From the NCBI GenBank assembly GCA_964057225.1, contig OZ059896.1, positions 19,840,001 to 19,904,000 on the forward strand: DNA of 64,000 nucleotides. Reading direction: 5' to 3'. Under the pieces are notes generated by a model. The model ran no database searches. It saw only the letters and a program-made list of their open reading frames with translations, and was not told the origin of the DNA. Positions 10,180 to 24,200 of this stretch are shown here, piece by piece. The DNA comes from Auanema rhodensis. Its lineage: Eukaryota > Animalia > Nematoda. Both the position numbers and the translations under genes were made by a program. Numbering within the stretch: position 1 is the first letter of the stretch; the number at the start of each line of letters is the position of its first letter.

Positions 10180-13100
10180 GACAAAAATTTTTTCGAAAAA
10201 TTTCTAAATAATTTAGCAAAAAGTAGATGTTTTTAGATTAATTTTTTCAAGGCAAAGACGATGGACAATGTTATTCAACGAAAAAATTAATTCTTCAGGG
10301 TGAAAATCGAGGATATAAGTGTGAACTTATATCAGTTGATATCTCGGTGCATTTTTAAGCTAGCGCAAATCTCATAACACAGATCGACGCAGCTTAAAAA
10401 TCCGCATCGAATGCACTATACTACATTGAGAAACGCTTAATACAAAAATTAGTTATGATCGTTTGAAAAATGATGCATTAGTGTATGTTGAGTTTCCATG
10501 TACACTCAACATTGCTTCCAAAAACATTTTGACAAAAATTTTTTCGAAAAATTTCAAAATAATTTAGCAAAAAGTAGATGTTTTTAGATTCCTTTTTTCA
10601 AGGCAAAGACGATGGACAATGTTATTCAACGAAAAAATTAATTCTTCAGGGTGAAAATCGAGGATATAAGTGTGAACTTATATCAGTTGATATCTCGGTG
10701 CATTTTTAAGCTAGCGCAAATCTCATAACACAGATCGACGCAGCTTAAAAATCCGCATCGAATGCACTATACTACATTGAGAAACGCTTAATACAAAAAT
10801 TAGTTATGATCGTTTGAAAAATGATGCATTAGTGTATGTTGAGTTTCCATGTACACTCAACATTGCTTCCAAAAACATTTTGACAAAAATTTTTTCGAAA
10901 AATTTCAAAATAATTTAGCAAAAAGTAGATGTTTTTAGATTCCTTTTTTCAAGGCAAAGACGATGGACATTGTTATTCAACGAAAAAATTAATTCTTCAG
11001 GGTGAAAATCGAGGATATAAGTGTGAACTTATATCAGTTGATATCTCGGTGCATTTTTAAGCTAGCGCAAATCTGATAACACAGATCGACGCAGCTTAAA
11101 AATCCGCATCGAATGCACTATACTACATTGAGAAACGCTTAATACAAAAATTAGTTATGATCGTTTGAAAAATAATGCATTAGTGTATGTTGAGTTTCCA
11201 TGTACACTCAACATTGCTTCCAAAAACATTTTGACAAAAATTTTTTCGAAAAATTTCTAAATAATTTAGCAAAAAGTAGATGTTTTTAGATTAATTTTTT
11301 CAAGGCAAAGACGATGGACAATGTTATTCAACGAAAAAATTAATTCTTCAGGGTGAAAATCGAGGATATAAGTGTGAACTTATATCAGTTGATATATCGG
11401 TGCATTTTTAAGCTAGCGCAAATCTGATAACACAGATCGACGCAGCTTAAAAATCCGCATCGAATGCACTATACTACATTGAGAAACGCTTAATACAAAA
11501 ATTAGTTATGATCGTTTGAAAAATGATGCATTAGTGTATGTTGAGTTTCCATGTACACTCAACATTGCTTCCAAAAACATTTTGACAAAAATTTTTTCGA
11601 AAAATTTCAAAATAATTTAGCAAAAAGTAGATGTTTTTAGATTCCTTTTTTCAAGGCAAAGACGATGGACATTGTTATTCAACGAAAAAATTAATTCTTC
11701 AGGGTGAAAATCGAGGATATACGTGTGAACTTATATCAGTTGATATCTCGGTGCATTTTTAAGCTAGCGCAAATCTGATAACACAGATAGACGCAGCTTA
11801 AAAATCCGCATCGAATGCACTATACTACATTGAGAAACGCTTAATACAAAAATTAGTTATGATCGTTTGAAAAATGATGCATTAGTGTATGTTGAGTTTC
11901 CATGTACACTCAACATTGCTTCCAAAAACATTTTGACAAAAATTTTTTCGAAAAATTTCAAAATAATTTAGCAAAAAGTAGATGTTTTTAGATTCCTTTT
12001 TTCAAAGCAAAGACGATGGACAATGTTATTCAACGAAAAAATTAATTCTTCAGGGTGAAAATCGAGGATATAAGTGTGAACTTATATCAGTTGATATCTC
12101 GGTGCATTTTTAAGCTAGCGCAAATCTGATAACACAGATCGACGCAGCTTAAAAATCCGCATCGAATGCACTATACTACATTGAGAAACGCTTAATACAA
12201 AAATTAGTTATGATCGTTTGAAAAATAATGCATTAGTGTATGTTGAGTTTCCATGTACACTCAACATTGCTTCCAAAAACATTTTGACAAAAATTTTTTC
12301 GAAAAATTTCTAAATAATTTAGCAAAAAGTAGATGTTTTTAGATTCCTTTTTTCAAGGCAAAGACGATGGACAATGTTATTCAACGAAAAAATTAATTCT
12401 TCAGGGTGAAAATCGAGGATATAAGTGTGAACTTATATCAGTTGATATCTCGGTGCATTTTTAAGCTAGCGCAAATCTGATAACACAGATCGACGCAGCT
12501 TAAAAATCCGCATCGAATGCACTATACTACATTGAGAAACGCTTAATACAAAAATTAGTTATGATCGTTTGAAAAATAATGCATTAGTGTATGTTGAGTT
12601 TCCATGTACACTCAACATTGCTTCCAAAAACATTTTGACAAAAATTTTTTCGAAAAATTTCTAAATAATTTAGCAAAAAGTAGATGTTTTTAGATCAATT
12701 TTTTCAAGGCAAAGACGATGGACAATGTTATTCAACGAAAAAATTAATTCTTCAGGGTGAAAATCGAGGATATAAGTGTGAACTTATATCAGTTGATATC
12801 TCGGTGCATTTTTAAGCTAGCGCAAATCTCATAACACAGATCGACGCAGCTTAAAAATCCGCATCGAATGCACTATACTACATTGAGAAACGCTTAATAC
12901 AAAAATTAGTTATGATCGTTTGAAAAATGATGCATTAGTGTATGTTGAGTTTCCATGTACACTCAACATTGCTTCCAAAAACATTTTGACAAAAATTTTT
13001 TCGAAAAATTTCAAAATAATTTAGCAAAAAGTAGATGTTTTTAGATTCCTTTTTTCAAGGCAAAGACGATGGACAATGTTATTCAACGAAAAAATTAATT

Positions 13101-15093
13101 CTTCAGGGTGAAAATCGAGGATATAAGTGTGAACTTATATCAGTTGATATCTCGGTGCATTTTTAAGCTAGCGCAAATCTGATAACACAGATCGACGCAG
13201 CTTAAAAATCCGCATCGAATGCACTATACTACATTGAGAAACGCTTAATACAAAAATTAGTTATGATCGTTTGAAAAATAATGCATTAGTGTATGTTGAG
13301 TTTCCATGTACACTCAACATTGCTTCCAAAAACATTTTGACAAAAATTTTTTCGAAAAATTTCTAAATAATTTAGCAAAAAGTAGATGTTTTTAGATTCC
13401 TTTTTTCAAGGCAAAGACGATGGACAATGTTATTCAACGAAAAAATTAATTCTTCAGGGTGAAAATCGAGGATATAAGTGTGAACTTATATCAGTTGATA
13501 TCTCGGTGCATTTTTAAGCTAGCGCAAATCTGATAACACAGATCGACGCAGCTTAAAAATCCGCATCGAATGCACTATACTACATTGAGAAACGCTTAAT
13601 ACAAAAATTAGTTATGATCGTTTGAAAAATGATGCATTAGTGTATGTTGAGTTTCCATGTACACTCAACATTGCTTCCAAAAACATTTTGACAAAAATTT
13701 TTTCGAAAAATTTCTAAATAATTTAGCAAAAAGTAGATGTTTTTAGATTCCTTTTTTCAAGGCAAAGACGATGGACAGTGTTATTCAACGAAAAAATTAA
13801 TTCTTCAGGGTGAAAATCGAGGATATAAGTGTGAACTTATATCAGTTGATATCTCGGTGCATTTTTAAGCTAGCGCAAATCTCATAACACAGATCGACGC
13901 AGCTTAAAAATCCGCATCGAATGCACTATACTACATTGAGAAACGCTTAATACAAAAATTAGTTATGATCGTTTGAAAAATGATGCATTAGTGTATGTTG
14001 AGTTTCCATGTACACTCAACATTGCTTCCAAAAACATTTTGACAAAAATTTTTTCGAAAAATTTCAAAATAATTTAGCAAAAAGTAGATGTTTTTAGATT
14101 CCTTTTTTCAAGGCAAAGACGATGGACATTGTTATTCAACGAAAAAATTAATTCTTCAGGGTGAAAATCGAGGATATAAGTGTGAACTTATATCAGTTGA
14201 TATCTCGGTGCATTTTTAAGCTAGCGCAAATCTGATAACACAGATCGACGCAGCTTAAAAATCCGCATCGAATGCACTATACTACATTGAGAAACGCTTA
14301 ATACAAAAATTAGTTATGATCGTTTGAAAAATAATGCATTAGTGTATGTTGAGTTTCCATGTACACTCAACATTGCTTCCAAAAACATTTTGACAAAAAT
14401 TTTTTCGAAAAATTTCTAAATAATTTAGCAAAAAGTAGATGTTTTTAGATTAATTTTTTCAAGGCAAAGACGATGGACAATGTTATTCAACGAAAAAATT
14501 AATTCTTCAGGGTGAAAATCGAGGATATAAGTGTGAACTTATATCAGTTGATATATCGGTGCATTTTTAAGCTAGCGCAAATCTGATAACACAGATCGAC
14601 GCAGCTTAAAAATCCGCATCGAATGCACTATACTACATTGAGAAACGCTTAATACAAAAATTAGTTATGATCGTTTGAAAAATGATGCATTAGTGTATGT
14701 TGAGTTTCCATGTACACTCAACATTGCTTCCAAAAACATTTTGACAAAAATTTTTTCGAAAAATTTCAAAATAATTTAGCAAAAAGTAGATGTTTTTAGA
14801 TTCCTTTTTTCAAGGCAAAGACGATGGACATTGTTATTCAACGAAAAAATTAATTCTTCAGGGTGAAAATCGAGGATATACGTGTGAACTTATATCAGTT
14901 GATATCTCGGTGCATTTTTAAGCTAGCGCAAATCTGATAACACAGATAGACGCAGCTTAAAAATCCGCATCGAATGCACTATACTACATTGAGAAACGCT
15001 TAATACAAAAATTAGTTATAATCGTTTGAAAAATGATGCATTAGTGTATGTTGAGTTTCCATGTACACTCAACATTGCTTCCAAAAACATTTT

Positions 15094-18000
15094 GACAAAA
15101 ATTTTTTCGAAAAATTTCAAAATAATTTAGCAAAAAGTAGATGTTTTTAGATTCCTTTTTTCAAAGCAAAGACGATGGACAATGTTATTCAACGAAAAAA
15201 TTAATTCTTCAGGGTGAAAATCGAGGATATAAGTGTGAACTTATATCAGTTGATATCTCGGTGCATTTTTAAGCTAGCGCAAATCTGATAACACAGATCG
15301 ACGCAGCTTAAAAATCCGCATCGAATGCACTATACTACATTGAGAAACGCTTAATACAAAAATTAGTTATGATCGTTTGAAAAATAATGCATTAGTGTAT
15401 GTTGAGTTTCCATGTACACTCAACATTGCTTCCAAAAACATTTTGACAAAAATTTTTTCGAAAAATTTCTAAATAATTTAGCAAAAAGTAGATGTTTTTA
15501 GATTCCTTTTTTCAAGGCAAAGACGATGGACAATGTTATTCAACGAAAAAATTAATTCTTCAGGGTGAAAATCGAGGATATAAGTGTGAACTTATATCAG
15601 TTGATATCTCGGTGCATTTTTAAGCTAGCGCAAATCTGATAACACAGATCGACGCAGCTTAAAAATCCGCATCGAATGCACTATACTACATTGAGAAACG
15701 CTTAATACAAAAATTAGTTATGATCGTTTGAAAAATGATGCATTAGTGTATGTTGAGTTTCCATGTACACTCAACATTGCTTCCAAAAACATTTTGACAA
15801 AAATTTTTTCGAAAAATTTCTAAATAATTTAGCAAAAAGTAGATGTTCTTAGATTCCTTTTTTCAAGGCAAAGACGATGGACAGTGTTATTCAACGAAAA
15901 AATTAATTCTTCAGGGTGAAAATCGAGGATATAAGTGTGAACTTATATCAGTTGATATCTCGGTGCATTTTTAAGCTAGCGCAAATCTGATAACACAGAT
16001 CGACGCAGCTTAAAAATCCGCATCGAATGCACTATACTACATTGAGAAACGCTTAATACAAAAATTAGTTATGATCGTTTGAAAAATGATGCATTAGTGT
16101 ATGTTGAGTTTCCATGTACACTCAACATTGCTTCCAAAAACATTTTGACAAAAATTTTTTCGAAAAATTTCAAAATAATTTAGCAAAAAGTAGATGTTTT
16201 TAGATTCCTTTTTTCAAGGCAAAGACGATGGACAATGTTATTCAACGAAAAAATTAATTCTTCAGGGTGAAAATCGAGGATATAAGTGTGAACTTATATC
16301 AGTTGATATCTCGGTGCATTTTTAAGCTAGCGCAAATCTGATAACACAGATCGACGCAGCTTAAAAATCCGCATCGAATGCACTATACTACATTGAGAAA
16401 CGCTTAATACAAAAATTAGTTATGATCGTTTGAAAAATAATGCATTAGTGTATGTTGAGTTTCCATGTACACTCAACATTGCTTCCAAAAACATTTTGAC
16501 AAAAATTTTTTCGAAAAATTTCTAAATAATTTAGCAAAAAGTAGATGTTTTTAGATTCCTTTTTTCAAGGCAAAGACGATGGACAATGTTATTCAACGAA
16601 AAAATTAATTCTTCAGGGTGAAAATCGAGGATATAAGTGTGAACTTATATCAGTTGATATCTCGGTGCATTTTTAAGCTAGCGCAAATCTGATAACACAG
16701 ATCGACGCAGCTTAAAAATCCGCATCGAATGCACTATACTACATTGAGAAACGCTTAATACAAAAATTAGTTATGATCGTTTGAAAAATGATGCATTAGT
16801 GTATGTTGAGTTTCCATGTACACTCAACATTGCTTCCAAAAACATTTTGACAAAAATTTTTTCGAAAAATTTCTAAATAATTTAGCAAAAAGTAGATGTT
16901 CTTAGATTCCTTTTTTCAAGGCAAAGACGATGGACAGTGTTATTCAACGAAAAAATTAATTCTTCAGGGTGAAAATCGAGGATATAAGTGTGAACTTATA
17001 TCAGTTGATATCTCGGTGCATTTTTAAGCTAGCGCAAATCTGATAACACAGATCGACGCAGCTTAAAAATCCGCATCGAATGCACTATACTACATTGAGA
17101 AACGCTTAATACAAAAATTAGTTATGATCGTTTGAAAAATGATGCATTAGTGTATGTTGAGTTTCCATGTACACTCAACATTGCTTCCAAAAACATTTTG
17201 ACAAAAATTTTTTCGAAAAATTTCAAAATAATTTAGCAAAAAGTAGATGTTTTTAGATTCCTTTTTTCAAGGCAAAGACGATGGACAATGTTATTCAACG
17301 AAAAAATTAATTCTTCAGGGTGAAAATCGAGGATATAAGTGTGAACTTATATCAGTTGATATCTCGGTGCATTTTTAAGCTAGCGCAAATCTGATAACAC
17401 AGATCGACGCAGCTTAAAAATCCGCATCGAATGCACTATACTACATTGAGAAACGCTTAATACAAAAATTAGTTATGATCGTTTGAAAAATAATGCATTA
17501 GTGTATGTTGAGTTTCCATGTACACTCAACATTGCTTCCAAAAACATTTTGACAAAAATTTTTTCGAAAAATTTCTAAATAATTTAGCAAAAAGTAGATG
17601 TTTTTAGATTCCTTTTTTCAAGGCAAAGACGATGGACAATGTTATTCAACGAAAAAATTAATTCTTCAGGGTGAAAATCGAGGATATAAGTGTGAACTTA
17701 TATCAGTTGATATCTCGGTGCATTTTTAAGCTAGCGCAAATCTGATAACACAGATCGACGCAGCTTAAAAATCCGCATCGAATGCACTATACTACATTGA
17801 GAAACGCTTAATACAAAAATTAGTTATGATCGTTTGAAAAATGATGCATTAGTGTATGTTGAGTTTCCATGTACACTCAACATTGCTTCCAAAAACATTT
17901 TGACAAAAATTTTTTCGAAAAATTTCTAAATAATTTAGCAAAAAGTAGATGTTCTTAGATTCCTTTTTTCAAGGCAAAGACGATGGACAGTGTTATTCAA

Positions 18001-18252
18001 CGAAAAAATTAATTCTTCAGGGTGAAAATCGAGGATATAAGTGTGAACTTATATCAGTTGATATCTCGGTGCATTTTTAAGCTAGCGCAAATCTGATAAC
18101 ACAGATCGACGCAGCTTAAAAATCCGCATCGAATGCACTATACTACATTGAGAAACGCTTAATACAAAAATTAGTTATGATCGTTTGAAAAATGATGCAT
18201 TAGTGTATGTTGAGTTTCCATGTACACTCAACATTGCTTCCAAAAACATTTT
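15094..18252. repeat. Local higher-order repeat: 3-mer (1053 bp) x3, M44-M52
   Basis: Cycle [293A], [26T], [26T+53C+89G], starting at 15094, 16147 and 17200. Confidence 0.85.
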
Positions 18253-21200
18253 GACAAAAATTTTTTCGAAAAATTTCAAAATATTTTAGCAAAAAGTAGA
18301 TGTTTTTAGATTCCTTTTTTCAAGGCAAAGACGATGGACATTGTTATTCAACGAAAAAATTAATTCTTCAGGGTGAAAATCGAGGATATACGTGTGAACT
18401 TATATCAGTTGATATCTCGGTGCATTTTTAAGCTAGCGCAAATCTGATAACACAGATCGACGCAGCTTAAAAATCCGCATCGAATGCACTATACTACATT
18501 GAGAAACGCTTAATACAAAAATTAGTTATGATCGTTTGAAAAATGATGCATTAGTGTATGTTGAGTTTCCATGTACACTCAACATTGCTTCCAAAAACAT
18601 TTTGACAAAAATTTTTTCGAAAAATTTCAAAATAATTTAGCAAAAAGTAGATGTTTTTAGATTCCTTTTTTCAAGGCAAAGACGATGGACAATGTTATTC
18701 AACGAAAAAATTAATTCTTCAGGGTGAAAATCGAGGATATAAGTGTGAACTTATATCAGTTGATATCTCGGTGCATTTTTAAGCTAGCGCAAATCTGATA
18801 ACACAGATCGACGCAGCTTAAAAATCCGCATCGAATGCACTATACTACATTGAGAAACGCTTAATACAAAAATTAGTTATGATCGTTTGAAAAATAATGC
18901 ATTAGTGTATGTTGAGTTTCCATGTACACTCAACATTGCTTCCAAAAACATTTTGACAAAAATTTTTTCGAAAAATTTCTAAATAATTTAGCAAAAAGTA
19001 GATGTTTTTAGATTAATTTTTTCAAGGCAAAGACGATGGACAATGTTATTCAACGAAAAAATTAATTCTTCAGGGTGAAAATCGAGGATATAAGTGTGAA
19101 CTTATATCAGTTGATATATCGGTGCATTTTTAAGCTAGCGCAAATCTGATAACACAGATCGACGCAGCTTAAAAATCCGCATCGAATGCACTATACTACA
19201 TTGAGAAACGCTTAATACAAAAATTAGTTATGATCGTTTGAAAAATGATGCATTAGTGTATGTTGAGTTTCCATGTACACTCAACATTGCTTCCAAAAAC
19301 ATTTTGACAAAAATTTTTTCGAAAAATTTCAAAATAATTTAGCAAAAAGTAGATGTTTTTAGATTCCTTTTTTCAAGGCAAAGACGATGGACATTGTTAT
19401 TCAACGAAAAAATTAATTCTTCAGGGTGAAAATCGAGGATATAAGTGTGAACTTATATCAGTTGATATCTCGGTGCATTTTTAAGCTAGCGCAAATCTGA
19501 TAACACAGATCGACGCAGCTTAAAAATCCGCATCGAATGCACTATACTACATTGAGAAACGCTTAATACAAAAATTAGTTATGATCGTTTGAAAAATGAT
19601 GCATTAGTGTATGTTGAGTTTCCATGTACACTCAACATTGCTTCCAAAAACATTTTGACAAAAATTTTTTCGAAAAATTTCAAAATAATTTAGCAAAAAG
19701 TAGATGTTTTTAGATTCCTTTTTTCAAGGCAAAGACGATGGACATTGTTATTCAACGAAAAAATTAATTCTTCAGGGTGAAAATCGAGGATATAAGTGTG
19801 AACTTATATCAGTTGATATCTCGGTGCATTTTTAAGCTAGCGCAAATCTGATAACACAGATCGACGCAGCTTAAAAATCCGCATCGAATGCACTATACTA
19901 CATTGAGAAACGCTTAATACAAAAATTAGTTATGATCGTTTGAAAAATGATGCATTAGTGTATGTTGAGTTTCCATGTACACTCAACATTGCTTCCAAAA
20001 ACATTTTGACAAAACTTTTTTCGGAAAATTTCTAAATAATTTAGCAAAAAGTAGATGTTTTTAGATTCCTTTTTTCAAGGCAAAGACGATGGACAATGTT
20101 ATTCAACGAAAAAATTAATTCTTCAGGGTGAAAATCGAGGATATAAGTGTGAACTTATATCAGTTGATATCTCGGTGCATTTTTAAGCTAGCGCAAATCT
20201 GATAACACAGATCGACGCAGCTTAAAAATCCGCATCGAATGCACTATACTACATTGAGAAACGCTTAATACAAAAATTAGTTATGATCGTTTGAAAAATG
20301 ATGCATTAGTGTATGTTGAGTTTCCATGTACACTCAACATTGCTTCCAAAAACATTTTGACAAAAATTTTTTCGAAAAATTTCAAAATAATTTAGCAAAA
20401 AGTAGATGTTTTTAGATTCCTTTTTTCAAGGCAAAGACGATGGACAATGTTATTCAACGAAAAAATTAATTCTTCAGGGTGAAAATCGAGGATATAAGTG
20501 TGAACTTATATCAGTTGATATATCGGTGCATTTTTAAGCTAGCGCAAATCTGATAACACAGATCGACGCAGCTTAAAAATCCGCATCGAATGCACTATAC
20601 TACATTGAGAAACGCTTAATACAAAAATTAGTTATGATCGTTTGAAAAATGATGCATTAGTGTATGTTGAGTTTCCATGTACACTCAACATTGCTTCCAA
20701 AAACATTTTGACAAAAATTTTTTCAAAAAATTTCAAAATAATTTAGCAAAAAGTAGATGTTGTTAGATTCCTTTTTTCAAGGCAAAGACGATGGACAATG
20801 TTATTCAACGAAAAAATCAATTCTTCAGGGTGAAAATCGAGGATATAAGTGTGAACTTATATCAGTTGATATCTCGGTGCATTTTTAAGCTAGCGCAAAT
20901 CTGATAACACAGATCGACGCAGCTTAAAAATCCGCATCGAATGCACTATACTACATTGAGAAACGCTTAATACAAAAATTAGTTATGATCGTTTGAAAAA
21001 TGATGCATTAGTGTATGTTGAGTTTCCATGTACACTCAACATTGCTTCCAAAAACATTTTGACAAAAATTTTTTCGAAAAATTTCAAAATAATTTAGCAA
21101 AAAGTAGATGTTGTTAGATTCCTTTTTTCAAGGCAAAGACGATGGACATTGTTATTCAACGAAAAAATTAATTCTTCAGGGTGAAAATCGAGGATATAAG

Positions 21201-24200
21201 TGTGAACTTATATCAGTTGATATCTCGGTGCATTTTTAAGCTAGCGCAAATCTGATAACACAGATCGACGCAGCTTAAAAATCCGCATCGAATGCACTAT
21301 ACTACATTGAGAAACGCTTAATACAAAAATTAGTTATGATCGTTTGAAAAATGATGCATTAGTGTATGTTGAGTTTCCATGTACACTCAACATTGCTTCC
21401 AAAAACATTTTGACAAAAATTTTTTCGAAAAATTTCTAAATAATTTAGCAAAAAGTAGATGTTTTTAGATTCCTTTTTTCAAGGCAAAGACGATGGACAA
21501 TGTTATTCAACGAAAAAATTAATTCTTCAGGGTGAAAATCGAGGATATAAGTGTGAACTTATATCAGTTGATATCTCGGTGCATTTTTAAGCTAGCGCAA
21601 ATCTGATAACACAGATCGACGCAGCTTAAAAATCCGCATCGAATGCACTATACTACATTGAGAAACGCTTAATACAAAAATTAGTTATGATCGTTTGAAA
21701 AATGATGCATTAGTGTATGTTGAGTTTCCATGTACACTCAACATTGCTTCCAAAAACATTTTGACAAAAATTTTTTCGAAAAATTTCAAAATAATTTAGC
21801 AAAAAGTAGATGTTTTCAGATTCCTTTTTTCAAGGCAAAGACGATGGACAATGTTATTCAACGAAAAAATTAATTCTTCAGGGTGAAAATCGAGGATATA
21901 AGTGTGAACTTATATCAGTTGATATATCGGTGCATTTTTAAGCTAGCGCAAATCTGATAACACAGATCGACGCAGCTTAAAAATCCGCATCGAATGCACT
22001 ATACTACATTGAGAAACGCTTAATACAAAAATTAGTTATGATCGTTTGAAAAATGATGCATTAGTGTATGTTGAGTTTCCATGTACACTCAACATTGCTT
22101 CCAAAAACATTTTGACAAAAATTTTTTCGAAAAATTTCAAAATAATTTAGCAAAAAGTAGATGTTGTTAGATTCCTTTTTTCAAGGCAAAGACGATGGAC
22201 AATGTTATTCAACGAAAAAATTAATTCTTCAGGGTGAAAATCGAGGATATAAGTGTGAACTTATATCAGTTGATATCTCGGTGCATTTTTAAGCTAGCGC
22301 AAATCTGATAACACAGATCGACGCAGCTTAAAAATCCGCATCGAATGCACTATACTACATTGAGAAACGCTTAATACAAAAATTAGTTATGATCGTTTGA
22401 AAAATGATGCATTAGTGTATGTTGAGTTTCCATGTACACTCAACATTGCTTCCAAAAACATTTTGACAAAAATTTTTTCGAAAAATTTCTAAATAATTTA
22501 GCAAAAAGTAGATGTTTTTAGATTCCTTTTTTCAAGGCAAAGACGATGGACAATGTTATTCAACGAAAAAATTAATTCTTCAGGGTGAAAATCGAGGATA
22601 TAAGTGTGAACTTATATCAGTTGATATCTCGGTGCATTTTTAAGCTAGCGCAAATCTGATAACACAGATCGACGCAGCTTAAAAATCCGCATCGAATGCA
22701 CTATACTACATTGAGAAACGCTTAATACAAAAATTAGTTATGATCGTTTGAAAAATGATGCATTAGTGTATGTTGAGTTTCCATGTACACTCAACATTGC
22801 TTCCAAAAACATTTTGACAAAAATTTTTTCGAAAAATTTCAAAATAATTTAGCAAAAAGTAGATGTTTTTAGATTCCTTTTTTCAAGGCAAAGACGATGG
22901 ACAATGTTATTCAACGAAAAAATTAATTCTTCAGGGTGAAAATCGAGGATATAAGTGTGAACTTATATCAGTTGATATCTCGGTGCATTTTTAAGCTAGC
23001 GCAAATCTGATAACACAGATCGACGCAGCTTAAAAATCCGCATCGAATGCACTATACTACATTGAGAAACGCTTAATACAAAAATTAGTTATGATCGTTT
23101 GAAAAATGATGCATTAGTGTATGTTGAGTTTCCATGTACACTCAACATTGCTTCCAAAAACATTTTGACAAAAATTTTTTCGAAAAATTTCAAAATAATT
23201 TAGCAAAAAGTAGATGTTTTCAGATTCCTTTTTTCAAGGCAAAGACGATGGACATTGTTATTCAACGAAAAAATTAATTCTTCAGGGTGAAAATCGAGGA
23301 TATAAGTGTGAACTTATATCAGTTGATATCTCGGTGCATTTTTAAGCTAGCGCAAATCTGATAACGCAGATCGACGCAGCTTAAAAATCCGCATCGAATG
23401 CACTATACTACATTGAGAAACGCTTAATACAAAAATTAGTTATGATCGTTTGAAAAATGATGCATTAGTGTATGTTGAGTTTCCATGTACACTCAACATT
23501 GCTTCCAAAAACATTTTGACAAAAATTTTTTCGAAAAATTTCTAAATAATTTAGCAAAAAGTAGATGTTTTTAGATTCCTTTTTTCAAGGCAAAGACGAT
23601 GGACAATGTTATTCAACGAAAAAATTAATTCTTCAGGGTGAAAATCGAGGATATAAGTGTGAACTTATATCAGTTGATATCTCGGTGCATTTTTAAGCTA
23701 GCGCAAATCTCATAACACAGATCGACGCAGCTTAAAAATCCGCATCGAATGCACTATACTACATTGAGAAACGCTTAATACAAAAATTAGTTATGATCGT
23801 TTGAAAAATGATGCATTAGTGTATGTTGAGTTTCCATGTACACTCAACATTGCTTCCAAAAACATTTTGACAAAAATTTTTTCGAAAAATTTCAGAATAA
23901 TTTAGCAAAAAGTAGATGTTTTTAGATTCCTTTTTTCAAGGCAAAGACGATGGACAATGTTATTCAACGAAAAAATTAATTCTTCAGGGTGAAAATCGAG
24001 GATATAAGTGTGAACTTATATCAGTTGATATATCGGTGCATTTTTAAGCTAGCGCAAATCTGATAACACAGATCGACGCAGCTTAAAAATCCGCATCGAA
24101 TGCACTATACTACATTGAGAAACGCTTAATACAAAAATTAGTTATGATCGTTTGAAAAATGATGCATTAGTGTATGTTGAGTTTCCATGTACACTCAACA

